Origin: Clostridiales bacterium
GTDB lineage: Bacteria > Bacillota > Clostridia > Christensenellales > Aristaeellaceae
Assembly (NCBI GenBank): GCA_015056055.1
Contig: SVHC01000010.1
Coordinates: 4,385-68,384 of the forward strand
DNA: 64,000 nt
Reading direction: 5' to 3'
The notes beneath the pieces were generated by a model that saw nothing but the letters and a program-made list of their open reading frames with translations, was not told where the DNA came from and ran no database searches. The translations under genes and the position numbers were made by a program. This document shows, in pieces, positions 55,073-64,000 of the stretch (within the stretch, counting starts at the first letter, position 1; every line of letters starts with the position of its first letter).

Positions 55073-57640
55073 ATGCGATATGAAGGCAGAAAAACGCAGA
55101 CAATCTCTTTTCCGCTTGGCGGAATCGGTACGGGCAGCATAGGACTTTCGGGAAACGGTCGCTTGCTGGATTGGGAGATTCGCAACAGACCGAACAAGAA
55201 TTCCGATAATGGCTTTTCTTTCTTCGCCATTAAGGCTGAGGAAGACGGAAAACTCGTAGATGCACGTGTGCTGCAGGGCGATTATTTGCCTCCTTATCAT
55301 GGTCATATCCATGTGAACAGCGTGCGCGGATTTGGCACCGGTCCGGATAGAGCTACCCTGGCGGGTGTGCCGAATTTCCGCGGATGCGTATTTGAGGGTA
55401 CCTATCCCTATGCACATGTACATTTTTCGGATGAGAAGTTCCCGGGAAAACCGATTCTGAAGGCATTCAATCCGTTTATTCCTTCCAATGCGGATGATTC
55501 CGGCATTCCGGCGGCGTTCTTTACAGTGGAAGTTCAGAACGATACCGATAAGGATTTGGACTATACGGTAGCATTCTGCCTGCAGACTATGTTTGCCTTT
55601 GGCTGGAATCGTGCATCCAAGGACGGCAACATTTCCATGATTACCCTTTTGCCGTGCGATGATATTTCCACGGAAAGTCCTGCTTACGGAAATCTTTCCA
55701 TCGCAACTGACAATACGGACTGCTCGCTGCAGGAATACTGGTATCGCGGCCGCTGGTTTGATATGCTTAGTGTGTTCTGGCAGAATTTTTGCGAAAGCGG
55801 CCTGATTCGCGAACGCACTTATTCGGAGAACAATGCATGCGGCGATGTGGGCGTTATCACTGCGCGCGTGCACGCGAAGGCAGGAGAAACGAAAGAAATT
55901 CGTTTTGTACTGGCATGGAATTTCCCGAATTTTGAAAACTACTGGAATCCCATGAAGACGGAGGACGAAACCGAAACCCTCAAAAATGTCTGGAAGAATT
56001 ATTATGCAAAGCAGTTCCCGACTTCGCAGTCTGCTGCACTGTATGCATTGCGTGAATGGGACCGTCTGGACAGCGAAACGCGCCTTTTCCATGATGCGCT
56101 TCATGGCTCGACGCTTCCGGATTATGCCGTGGAAGCGATCGCATCCACCATGTCCGTCTTAAAAACGCCTACCTGTCTGCGCCTTGAGGATGGCACCTTC
56201 TGGGGATGGGAAGGCGTGCATATCACGGTGGGATCGTGCGAGGGCAGCTGTACGCATGTATGGAATTATGCTTATGCTCAGCCGTTCCTTTTCCCGGAAC
56301 TGGAACGCAGCATGAGAACATCGCATTATAAATACGATCTGGATGATGCGGGCGGTCTGCGTTTCCGCACACAGGTTCCGCTGGGCAGGGCATATTCCGG
56401 TCATCGCCCCTGTGTGGATGGTCAGTACGGCGACGTGATGAAAGTCTATCGCGAATGGAAGCTCTGCGGCGATACGCAGTGGCTGAAGAAGCTCTGGCCC
56501 GCAGTGAAAAAATCAATCGAATTTGCATGGAGCGAGGACAATCCGGATAAGTGGGATGCGAACTGCGACGGCGTTCTGGAAGGACGTCAGCATCACACGC
56601 TTGATATGGAGCTTTTCGGTCCCAGCCCGTGGCTGAACGGATTCTATCTTGCCGGTCTGAAAGCCGGTGCAGAAATGGCGAAGGCGATGGGGGAACAGGA
56701 TACCGCACAGAAATATCTGGAAGTGTTCGAAAACGGCCGCAAATGGATCGAAGAAAATCTGTTCAACGGCGAATATTACGAACAGAAAGTGGATATCAAG
56801 GATCCCAATGTACTTCTGCCCTTCGGCGATGCCTACGGTCAGGGTACGGCGTATGACGTATACTGGAATCATGAGGCAAAGGAGATCAAATACCAGATCG
56901 TTAACGGCTGTTCCATTGATCAGATGACGCCTCAGTGGCATGCACGCCTGTTGGGGCTTGGCGATATTTTTGAACCGGAACGTGTGCGCAGTGCACTTGC
57001 TTCCGTTTATAAGTACAATAATAAGACCATGCGTGACTTCTTTAATCCGTGCCGCATTTTCTCGCTCAATGACGAGAGGGGCGCAATTATGTGTGCGTAT
57101 CCGGACGGAGTGGAGAAGCCGGTACTTCCTGTGGTATATGCCGAGGAAACCATGTATGGCTTTGAATATACGGCGGCTGTAACGATGCTGCAGTATGGGC
57201 TGATGGATGAAGGATTGGATATGATTCGATCCATACGCGCCCGCCACGATGGAGAAAATCGCAATCCCTGGAACGAGATGGAATGCGGAAACAATTATGC
57301 GCGTTCCATGGCATCGTATTCCATTCTGCTTGCGCTTTCCGGATTTGAATTTGATATGACGCGCGGCTACATCGGTTTTGCGCCGAAGATCAATGAAAGC
57401 GATTTCCGGGCATTCTGGGCCGTTGATGGCGCATGGGGAAACTATGCACAGTGCGAGAATGAAGCAACGCTTACGGTGCTTTATGGCACCACGGAACTCA
57501 GCAGCCTGAAGGCAGACGGGCGGCAGGCAAATCTTGTCCTGCTTAACGGGCAGCCCATTGATTTCTCTATGCAGGCGGAAGAAATTGCATTTGCGGAAAA
57601 AGTTGCTTTGCATAAGGGCGATATCCTGACAATCAAATAA
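55073..57640 (+). CDS. GH116-family beta-glucosidase / glucosylceramidase-like
   Basis: N-terminal FPLGGIGTGSIGLSGNGRLLDWEIRNRPN and a C-terminal (alpha/alpha)6-type region with NPWNEMECGNNYARSMASY. GGAGG RBS 8 nt before ATG 55073. Confidence 0.75.
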   Translation: MRYEGRKTQTISFPLGGIGTGSIGLSGNGRLLDWEIRNRPNKNSDNGFSFFAIKAEEDGKLVDARVLQGDYLPPYHGHIHVNSVRGFGTGPDRATLAGVPNFRGCVFEGTYPYAHVHFSDEKFPGKPILKAFNPFIPSNADDSGIPAAFFTVEVQNDTDKDLDYTVAFCLQTMFAFGWNRASKDGNISMITLLPCDDISTESPAYGNLSIATDNTDCSLQEYWYRGRWFDMLSVFWQNFCESGLIRERTYSENNACGDVGVITARVHAKAGETKEIRFVLAWNFPNFENYWNPMKTEDETETLKNVWKNYYAKQFPTSQSAALYALREWDRLDSETRLFHDALHGSTLPDYAVEAIASTMSVLKTPTCLRLEDGTFWGWEGVHITVGSCEGSCTHVWNYAYAQPFLFPELERSMRTSHYKYDLDDAGGLRFRTQVPLGRAYSGHRPCVDGQYGDVMKVYREWKLCGDTQWLKKLWPAVKKSIEFAWSEDNPDKWDANCDGVLEGRQHHTLDMELFGPSPWLNGFYLAGLKAGAEMAKAMGEQDTAQKYLEVFENGRKWIEENLFNGEYYEQKVDIKDPNVLLPFGDAYGQGTAYDVYWNHEAKEIKYQIVNGCSIDQMTPQWHARLLGLGDIFEPERVRSALASVYKYNNKTMRDFFNPCRIFSLNDERGAIMCAYPDGVEKPVLPVVYAEETMYGFEYTAAVTMLQYGLMDEGLDMIRSIRARHDGENRNPWNEMECGNNYARSMASYSILLALSGFEFDMTRGYIGFAPKINESDFRAFWAVDGAWGNYAQCENEATLTVLYGTTELSSLKADGRQANLVLLNGQPIDFSMQAEEIAFAEKVALHKGDILTIK

Positions 57641-58174
57641 TTAGAAGGCAGTAGCATCTTTGTTGCTGAACATATTTGCCGAGAAGTGCTTGCCGCCGAC
57701 GAGTTCTATTTCGCTCAAAGGCCGATTTTGGGAAGAGGTCGTGGATGCGCTGCTACTTGGAAAGCTGATGTGAATGGACGCGCGCAAGCAATCGAGTCGA
57801 CTTTCATTCCGGAATTTGAGTTCCCGGGAGTGAGTGCAGCATTAGAAGGTTTTGACCGCTTCTACCTTAGGAGTGTCAATCAGCATCATTATTTAATCCT
57901 TCTGATGATGACCGGCTTGCACAAGAAAATTTTCATTCCCCCTTCCGGCCACAACACGCGTAACAAATTCCGTTGATATCGGCCTGTTTATTGCTATGCC
58001 GATGATTCACAGAAAAAAATTCATAGATAATACACACCCCTGGATCCATCATCAAACTTTCTGAGATTCATCTTTGCTCACTTTTTTAATTTGCGCTTTA
58101 TGAATTTATTACCATAATATATAATGGATATAGGGATTTTCACGCACGACAGCATGCTTTCACAGGAGGCCGAT

Positions 58175-61100
58175 ATGAAGAGATTTTTCATGGCACTGAT
58201 CATTCTGCTGGCAATTGTAATTTCCACAATCGCAGCAATCCCCGCATATGCGGCAGCAGACAATCTCGTTCTGCCGCAGTCGTTGGAAGTCATTCAAGAC
58301 GAAGCCTTTGAGGGCGCCACATCACTGGATTATGTGTATCTCCGCGAAGGTGTTACGATTATAGGCAACCGCGCATTTGCAGATAGCAGCCTGCATTACA
58401 TCTTCCTGCCCTATTCCCTGGAATACATCGCCCCCGACGCATTCGAGGGAACGGATCCCATATTTGATTTTCCGGAAGGAAGCTACGCTGAGGAATGGTT
58501 TGAGGAAAACTATGGCAGCGATGACGATGTATCGGAAGGTCAGTTTAGCTATACCGTCAACGATGACGGCACCGCCACGCTGACCTCTTTCACAGGCACG
58601 AGCAGTGTCGTTTCTGTGCCGGGCAGCATTGACGGCAAAACCGTGAGCGCCATCGGCGACGGATTTATGCAGGGCAACGACGCCGAAACCGTCTATCTTC
58701 CCGAAAGCGTGCGCATCATCGGACGGGACGCATTCCGAAACTGCGCAAATCTGGATTACATCTATCTGCCGAGCATGATCGAAAGCATCGGCGATTATGC
58801 CTTCTCTGGCTGCGAAAAACTTACATCCCTTCGTTTTTCAGACGACCTGTCTTCTATCGGCGCAGGCGCTTTCAGCGAGTCCGGCATCACCAGCGTAAGC
58901 ATTCCCATGAACGTCACTAATCTTCCGGAGCGCGCATTTTACAGCTGCGCATCCCTGAGCAGAGTGAACCTGCCCGAAACCCTGACTGACATCGGCGACA
59001 GATGTTTTGAAGGCTGTACCGCATTGCAGGACATTACGCTGCATGAAAACCTGCGCACCATCGGCAGTCTTGCATTTGCAAACTGCGGCCTGAAACAGGT
59101 CGATCTGCCCTATTCCCTCGCCCACATTGCCAGCGACGCATTTGAGGGCACAGACTGCGAATTCCAGTATGTGAGCGGCAGTTATGCGGAATTCTGGTAT
59201 CAGATGCAGTTTTTCAGCTATGAAGAAGCTACACCGGAAGACCTGCGCTACACACTCAGCGAAGACGGCACCGCCACCATTACTGGCTATAACGGCAATA
59301 GCTGGGGCGTAATCATTCCGGCAGAAATCGATGGCCACAAGGTGACGACCATCGGCGAATATGCTTTCTCCTCAAGCGACATCATCGGCATTCGTCTGCC
59401 GAATACCATCACCAGCATCGAAAACAGCGGATTCCACAGCTGCGATAACCTGCGTGAAATCAACTTCCCGGAAGGCCTTGCCAAGATCGGAAATCTGGCC
59501 TTTAACGGCTGCGACAGCCTGAAGGCGATACAACTTCCCAACAGCATCACCACGATGGGCACCAACGTATTCTTCAGCTGCACTTCCCTACGCGAGGTCA
59601 CTTATCCCAAAAATCTGACCGAAGGCGGCTGGAATCTGTTCGCACAGACCGCCATTGTGGAGATCGTTATTCCCGAAGGCGCCACCTACATTCCCTATGG
59701 CGCATTCTCTCAGTGCTCCAAACTGGAAAAGATCACGATTCCCGACAGCGTGACCATCATCGGCGACAACTGCTTCTCCCACTGCACATCCCTCAAATCG
59801 ATCGTTCTGCCGAAGGATCTGACGATTGTGGAAGATCACACATTTGCTTTCTGCAGCGCGCTGAAGAGCATTGTCATTCCTGAAAAAGTAACGGAAATCC
59901 ATGCCGACGCTTTTCAGGACTGCGCTTCGCTGCAGAGCATCACCCTACCCGGCGGACTTGTGAAGCTTGGTGAGGATTTCCACAACGACCACGGCGTATT
60001 CTACAATTGCGATTCCCTGACTACCATTGATCTGCCCAGAGGGCTCAATTTCATCGCACCCAGCACCTTCCGCAACTGCGATATGCTGGAGGAAGTCATC
60101 GTACCTGAAGGCGTGCGTTACATCTATGTGAGCACTTTTGCGGAATGCACCAATCTCAGGAGGGTATATATTCCCAAAAACACCAGCTACGGCTATTATT
60201 CCGGAGATGGATTCTCTCAGGTTGCATTTTTTGCAGACAGCCCCAAACTGGAGATTTATACCGAATACGAGGCCGCAATGCTGCCTTACCTGAAAGAAAA
60301 CAAAGTTCCTTACTTCTATCTGACACTGGTGGATCAGGGACTGAATTACAAGACCTATTATGAAACCGATCCCTCAACCTATCTGGGCCGCGTTTATTCC
60401 TCCGACCCGATCACCAAGGTAGAAACGCAGGTTTGGGACAGCAGCGGAAACCTTGTATACAGTGATATTTCCGCCGACGGTGAAACCAACGTTGCGACGC
60501 TCAGTGTAAACCTCGCTTATCTGAAGCTGGGCAATTACCGCTACGAGGTACACGGCTGGGCGGACAACAGCGGTGTGGAAGAATACCGGTTGCTGATGGA
60601 CAGCGCATTTTCCATCATTCCGCCACCGCTGAGGGTGCGTCTGAGCGAAGAATTTGTGCCTCCGGAGGTTGTTCACGGACTGGGCTTCCCCTACCAGCCC
60701 GAAGGCAACCTGATTTCAAACAATTACATTGAGTGGATACAGGTCAGCATGACCAATACCGAAACCGGTAAAATCCGTTACAGTCCCCGTTATACGCCGG
60801 GAACCAAAACCTTCTCTATGGCAGAGCTGCATTCGCAGTTTGATTTTACCGATCTTATCGAGGGAGAATATGTCTATAAAATCAGCGCAGGCTTCGGAGA
60901 AACCAACCGGCTGGTTTATTCGCAGAATATCCTGGTCACGGAATATGACGGCATCATCGATGCAGAGATGGCAAAGAGGATTCTTGACTTCTGCAAAGTC
61001 GGCAACAATCCATCTGGCGTATTCGATCAATTCCAGGATTTCCAGACCGTGCTGAGCGAAATTTCCGATCTGGATGCATGCCTGATGGCGATGCCCGCAG

Positions 61101-62098
61101 GCAACGATTGGCTCGTAAGCAATATCGTCGGCTCGTTCACCGGTGTTGAAGGCGACGCATTCATCGTCAACCTGTATAAGACCGAGATACTGAACATGCT
61201 GAAGGGCATGGATGAGGATACGGTGCTGATCAGCGCAGATTCGGATATATCCATCGCCAAGCATCTCATCAGTGCCTTCAAACTTTCCGGAAATTACCAT
61301 ATCTCCTCTCTTAAGGAAAACTTCAAAGATGCAAAGGCGCTCTACAAATCTGCCATTAAAAAGGAATATCGGGAACTACTGGAAGGCGTAAGCGAAGCGG
61401 AAATCGACAAGATGGTTGCTGACGACCTGATGTATATGTCGGAATATATTAAGGATCTGGAAGATGGCTTTGATACGCTCAGTAAGGTTGCTAAGGGCGG
61501 CGAACTCACCCTTGATGCCCTTGAAATACTTGCCATGTCCATGAATGATTACCAGAACAAACTAGCCATTCTTGACAGCCTTAAAAAGGCCTATGTAGGC
61601 AAACTTCCCACGGAATTCAGCTATGCGGTAGACCTCATCAAAGCTGAATACCAGTCTGCGGTATCTGTTATCGTCACCGAAACCTTCCAGAAGATTGGCG
61701 AAGCAGTTGTAGAAAAGGGTATTGATCTGGCTTCAGAGTCTTTCGTTCATGTCCTGACAGGATTCAGCAGCAGCGGCGGATTCACTCTTGCATGCGCGCA
61801 GTTCGCTGTAAAGCTGTTCTACGATTGGAGCGGTTTGGATGATTTCTCGGACAACTATCTCGCCTTTGTGACCCAGTGTAATCTGGTATTGCAGAACAGA
61901 GAAGCATTCAGGCAGGCAGTATATGCCGTTCAGGACGGCGATCAGTCTTCCGAAATGCTTCAGAATGTCTACGTGTCCTTCATCGCCACCCGTACAAGCC
62001 TGATTTCGGTCTATACCAACATGTCTACCAACGGCTTGCATGATGATACGGGCTATATCATTGATCAGTGCGATAGAATCAGGAAGCTGGATATATAA
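58175..62098 (+). CDS. secreted BspA-type leucine-rich-repeat protein with Ig-like middle and ~480-aa helical C-terminal region
   Basis: Signal MKRFFMALIILLAIVISTIAAIPAYAAA. More than 20 LRR units of the I.IP.SVT.IG..AF..C..L type. No LPxTG or cell-wall-binding repeat at the C-terminus. Confidence 0.8.
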   Translation: MKRFFMALIILLAIVISTIAAIPAYAAADNLVLPQSLEVIQDEAFEGATSLDYVYLREGVTIIGNRAFADSSLHYIFLPYSLEYIAPDAFEGTDPIFDFPEGSYAEEWFEENYGSDDDVSEGQFSYTVNDDGTATLTSFTGTSSVVSVPGSIDGKTVSAIGDGFMQGNDAETVYLPESVRIIGRDAFRNCANLDYIYLPSMIESIGDYAFSGCEKLTSLRFSDDLSSIGAGAFSESGITSVSIPMNVTNLPERAFYSCASLSRVNLPETLTDIGDRCFEGCTALQDITLHENLRTIGSLAFANCGLKQVDLPYSLAHIASDAFEGTDCEFQYVSGSYAEFWYQMQFFSYEEATPEDLRYTLSEDGTATITGYNGNSWGVIIPAEIDGHKVTTIGEYAFSSSDIIGIRLPNTITSIENSGFHSCDNLREINFPEGLAKIGNLAFNGCDSLKAIQLPNSITTMGTNVFFSCTSLREVTYPKNLTEGGWNLFAQTAIVEIVIPEGATYIPYGAFSQCSKLEKITIPDSVTIIGDNCFSHCTSLKSIVLPKDLTIVEDHTFAFCSALKSIVIPEKVTEIHADAFQDCASLQSITLPGGLVKLGEDFHNDHGVFYNCDSLTTIDLPRGLNFIAPSTFRNCDMLEEVIVPEGVRYIYVSTFAECTNLRRVYIPKNTSYGYYSGDGFSQVAFFADSPKLEIYTEYEAAMLPYLKENKVPYFYLTLVDQGLNYKTYYETDPSTYLGRVYSSDPITKVETQVWDSSGNLVYSDISADGETNVATLSVNLAYLKLGNYRYEVHGWADNSGVEEYRLLMDSAFSIIPPPLRVRLSEEFVPPEVVHGLGFPYQPEGNLISNNYIEWIQVSMTNTETGKIRYSPRYTPGTKTFSMAELHSQFDFTDLIEGEYVYKISAGFGETNRLVYSQNILVTEYDGIIDAEMAKRILDFCKVGNNPSGVFDQFQDFQTVLSEISDLDACLMAMPAGNDWLVSNIVGSFTGVEGDAFIVNLYKTEILNMLKGMDEDTVLISADSDISIAKHLISAFKLSGNYHISSLKENFKDAKALYKSAIKKEYRELLEGVSEAEIDKMVADDLMYMSEYIKDLEDGFDTLSKVAKGGELTLDALEILAMSMNDYQNKLAILDSLKKAYVGKLPTEFSYAVDLIKAEYQSAVSVIVTETFQKIGEAVVEKGIDLASESFVHVLTGFSSSGGFTLACAQFAVKLFYDWSGLDDFSDNYLAFVTQCNLVLQNREAFRQAVYAVQDGDQSSEMLQNVYVSFIATRTSLISVYTNMSTNGLHDDTGYIIDQCDRIRKLDI

Positions 62099-62150
62099 TA
62101 CCGGAAAAAAGGTGGCCGCAGGCCGCTTACCATTCCTGTGTCAACAAAAA

Positions 62151-62190
62151 ACCACACGCAAAACCTTGGTTTTGCGTGTGGTCATTTTTG
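62151..62190 (+). terminator. rho-independent terminator of the LRR gene
   Basis: Perfect 15-bp stem ACCACACGCAAAACC-tt-GGTTTTGCGTGTGGT followed by CATTTTTG. Confidence 0.85.
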
Positions 62191-62194
62191 TCAA

Positions 62195-62925
62195 AGAAAA
62201 CCACCGGCAATGCCGGTGGATAAAAAGCTTAAGCTATGCACAAAAAAGAGCCTCCTATGCTAGAATGGAGACGACCGGCCAGTCGCAACCAGAAAAACAA
62301 GGAGGTGGAGTCATTGGGTAAGAACAATGACCAGAACAGTTTAGCACACACGAAATGGCGGTGTCAATACCACATAGTATTTGCGCCAAAGTACAGAAGA
62401 CGAGTGATATACGGGAAGTAGAAGCAAGAAATCGGAAAGATGATACGGACGGTATGCGAACGCAATGGAGTAGAGATACTGGAAGCAAGTGCGTGTCCGG
62501 ATCACATCCATCTGTTGGTGAGCATACCGCCCAAGATGGCAGTGTCAAAGTTCATGGGGATATTGAAAGGAAAAACGAGTCTGATGATATTTGATCGGTT
62601 TGCGAACTTGAAGGACAAGTATGGGAACCGACATTTCTGGTGTCGCGGATACTATGTAGATACGGTAGGAAGGAACAAAACTGCAATAGCGAAGTACATA
62701 CAAAAACAGTTAGAAGAAGATCATATTGCAGAACAAATCAGTATGAAGGAGTACATAGACCCGTTTACGGGTGCGCCGGTAGAAGAGGGCAAGTAAAGAC
62801 AGCCACCCGATGAGGGTGGCCGCCTGAAATGGTTTGCGACTGGCAGGTTTTCAGAGCGCGGGTAGTGCCGCCAGTACCATGCCCTTATAGGGCTTAATCA
62901 AGCCACCAGCTTAGCTGGTGGTACA
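62195..62925 (+). mobile_element. IS200/IS605-family insertion sequence (IS200 type, tnpA only); ends approximate
   Basis: A Y1-transposase gene flanked by related subterminal hairpins CCACCGGCAATGCCGGTGG (62201-62219) and CCACCAGCTTAGCTGGTGG (62903-62921). No terminal inverted repeats, as expected for this family. Confidence 0.75.
62314..62796 (+). pseudogene. tnpA: IS200-type Y1 transposase TnpA interrupted by one in-frame TAG (62419-62421)
   Basis: (TTG)GKNNDQNSLAHTKWRCQYHIVFAPKYRRRVIYGK-stop-KQEIGKMIRTVCERNGVEILEASACPDHIHLLVSIPPK...GNRHFWCRGYYVDTVG. The HUH motif (HIH) and catalytic Tyr region are present. Both halves are in the same frame. Confidence 0.8.
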
Positions 62926-62938
62926 TGACTTGATATGC

Positions 62939-64000
62939 TCAGTTTTTGATGTATCCGGTGATGTCTACGGTGGCGTTGTTTGCCAGCATAGCGGCGCCAT
63001 CAAACGTACGAATATTTTCGAACAGGCAATCCTTCATTGCTCCAGCAATGCGCAGGGCATACTCTGCGCGCGAACAGACATTGCGGACGGTGATGTTGTA
63101 AGTTTCATCCTCGGTTGCATGGCGGGTTCCGTACATGCTCATATCACCTATGCGCACGCCGTTGAGTCCATGATCCATATAGGGACTGTTTTTGGAAGAG
63201 TCGAAGACGCCATCGACCAGAATGTTATACAGTTTTACACCGCTTTGATTCAAAAGGCGCACATTGGTGCAGAAGGCTGAAGAAACTACGTTTCGGATAA
63301 TTACATTATAAATATCCGTTTCGCGGCCTTCTACGGTGTACATTTTCTCCAGTTCGCCGTTCAGGCCGGTCAGAGCAACGGTGTCATCTTCGGTGAAACC
63401 AGTGATATTTTCGATGATGATATCATGGCAGCCGGCGCGTAAATCAATGCCGTCAGCATTCTTGACGAGAATTTGTTGATAGCCGCCGGGAATTGTATGC
63501 GACAAACCTTTGTGACTTACACCGTTTTCATCGATTCTGGTACAGTCGGCCAGGAAGTCAATCCCGCCGATATAGCCGTTGCAGCAATGGATGAAATTGA
63601 GCGCCCACCAGCGCTGATTGCGCACATGCAGATTCTGAATTTTGAATCCATTCACATTGGTGAAAAGGATTACATTGTTCACGCTGATGTGGGGATATCC
63701 GTCCTTGAGCGAGGTGAGCTCGGACAGACCATTGTATTTGCCGCCGTCAAGGATTGCGCGTCCTACGCCCCGGATGGTAATATTGTAATCTACGCCATCC
63801 TCTGTTCGCCCCTTTTCGGTTCGGCAGGAGGCGTTGGTGAACATATTGCAGAAGGTGCCATCTGCCATGCGGAGGTGGCAGTTATCCAGCGTAAGCGAAA
63901 AATCTGACGGTAAAAGAATTGTCGAATCAATCTCATAATTGCCGCTGACTGTTGCTGCGTTCACGCCGCGGAGTACCGCGTCATCAATAATTCCCTGAAT
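62939..64000 (-). CDS. right-handed beta-helix glycosidase, GH28 (polygalacturonase/rhamnogalacturonase)-like; N-terminus beyond window end
   Basis: KNADGIDLRAGCHDIIIENITGFTEDDTVAL resembles the GH28 NTDGID...GDDC(I/V)A catalytic pair. The frame stays open upstream of the track's GTG start to nt 64000 (...IQGIIDDAVLRGVNAATVSG). Confidence 0.6.
   Translation of the reverse strand: MQGIIDDAVLRGVNAATVSGNYEIDSTILLPSDFSLTLDNCHLRMADGTFCNMFTNASCRTEKGRTEDGVDYNITIRGVGRAILDGGKYNGLSELTSLKDGYPHISVNNVILFTNVNGFKIQNLHVRNQRWWALNFIHCCNGYIGGIDFLADCTRIDENGVSHKGLSHTIPGGYQQILVKNADGIDLRAGCHDIIIENITGFTEDDTVALTGLNGELEKMYTVEGRETDIYNVIIRNVVSSAFCTNVRLLNQSGVKLYNILVDGVFDSSKNSPYMDHGLNGVRIGDMSMYGTRHATEDETYNITVRNVCSRAEYALRIAGAMKDCLFENIRTFDGAAMLANNATVDITGYIKN

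Noticed and set aside
62419-62421. In-frame TAG in tnpA as programmed recoding (for example pyrrolysine or stop-codon reassignment)
   Set aside because: Other genes in the window end in TAG normally (for example 28241 and 47544). No pyl genes or PYLIS-like context are visible. A simple nonsense mutation is the economical reading.

Overview
This looks like a chromosomal segment of a sporulating Bacillota (Clostridia-like) bacterium. The evidence is AGGAGG-type RBSs, a pro-sigma-K gene, DUF512-der-plsY, secG-rnr and a parE/parC-like pair. All family names come from motifs I recognise by eye; no BLAST, HMM or covariance search was run. I support about 48 CDS, 2 pseudogenes, 2 tRNA-Trp(CCA) genes and one IS200-like element. 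There is no rRNA and no CRISPR array.

**Layout**
- 1-3.3 kb: YtrA/GntR-ABC operon with a textbook promoter and N13 operator.
- 3.5-6.0 kb: a 5'-truncated ABC exporter abutting an array of GGTGTAG heptamers, then gene-poor AT-rich DNA and tRNA-Trp copy 1.
- 6.7-16.9 kb: mixed metabolic and surface genes, including a membrane-anchored protein with 12 tandem 26-aa Cys3His repeats.
- 17-34 kb: the most interesting part, detailed below.
- 34-38 kb: small AT-richer genes, a CaCA antiporter, and a two-gene module flanked by ~40-bp direct repeats next to tRNA-Trp copy 2.
- 38-51 kb: core housekeeping (DUF512, der, plsY, FGGY kinase, type IIA topoisomerase pair, sigK, rnr, secG).
- 51-64 kb: fused double glycosyltransferase, rhaA, GH116-like enzyme, a 1308-aa BspA-type LRR protein, an IS200-like element with an amber-interrupted tnpA, and a partial GH28-like gene.

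**The 17-34 kb region**
- A class I c-di-GMP (GEMM-I) riboswitch precedes a sortase-anchored thioester-domain adhesin.
- An operon follows that encodes a transglutaminase-like protein, a GspF-type platform, four small pilin-like bitopic proteins and a PilT-type ATPase. No PilB/GspE or prepilin peptidase is in view.
- A convergent four-gene operon has two c-di-GMP turnover proteins bracketing a GH3-like adenylating enzyme and an ICMT/PEMT-like membrane methyltransferase.
- A class B sortase carries an 11.5-copy 24-bp repeat stalk.

Many long ORFs in the track are antisense shadows of real genes and were rejected.
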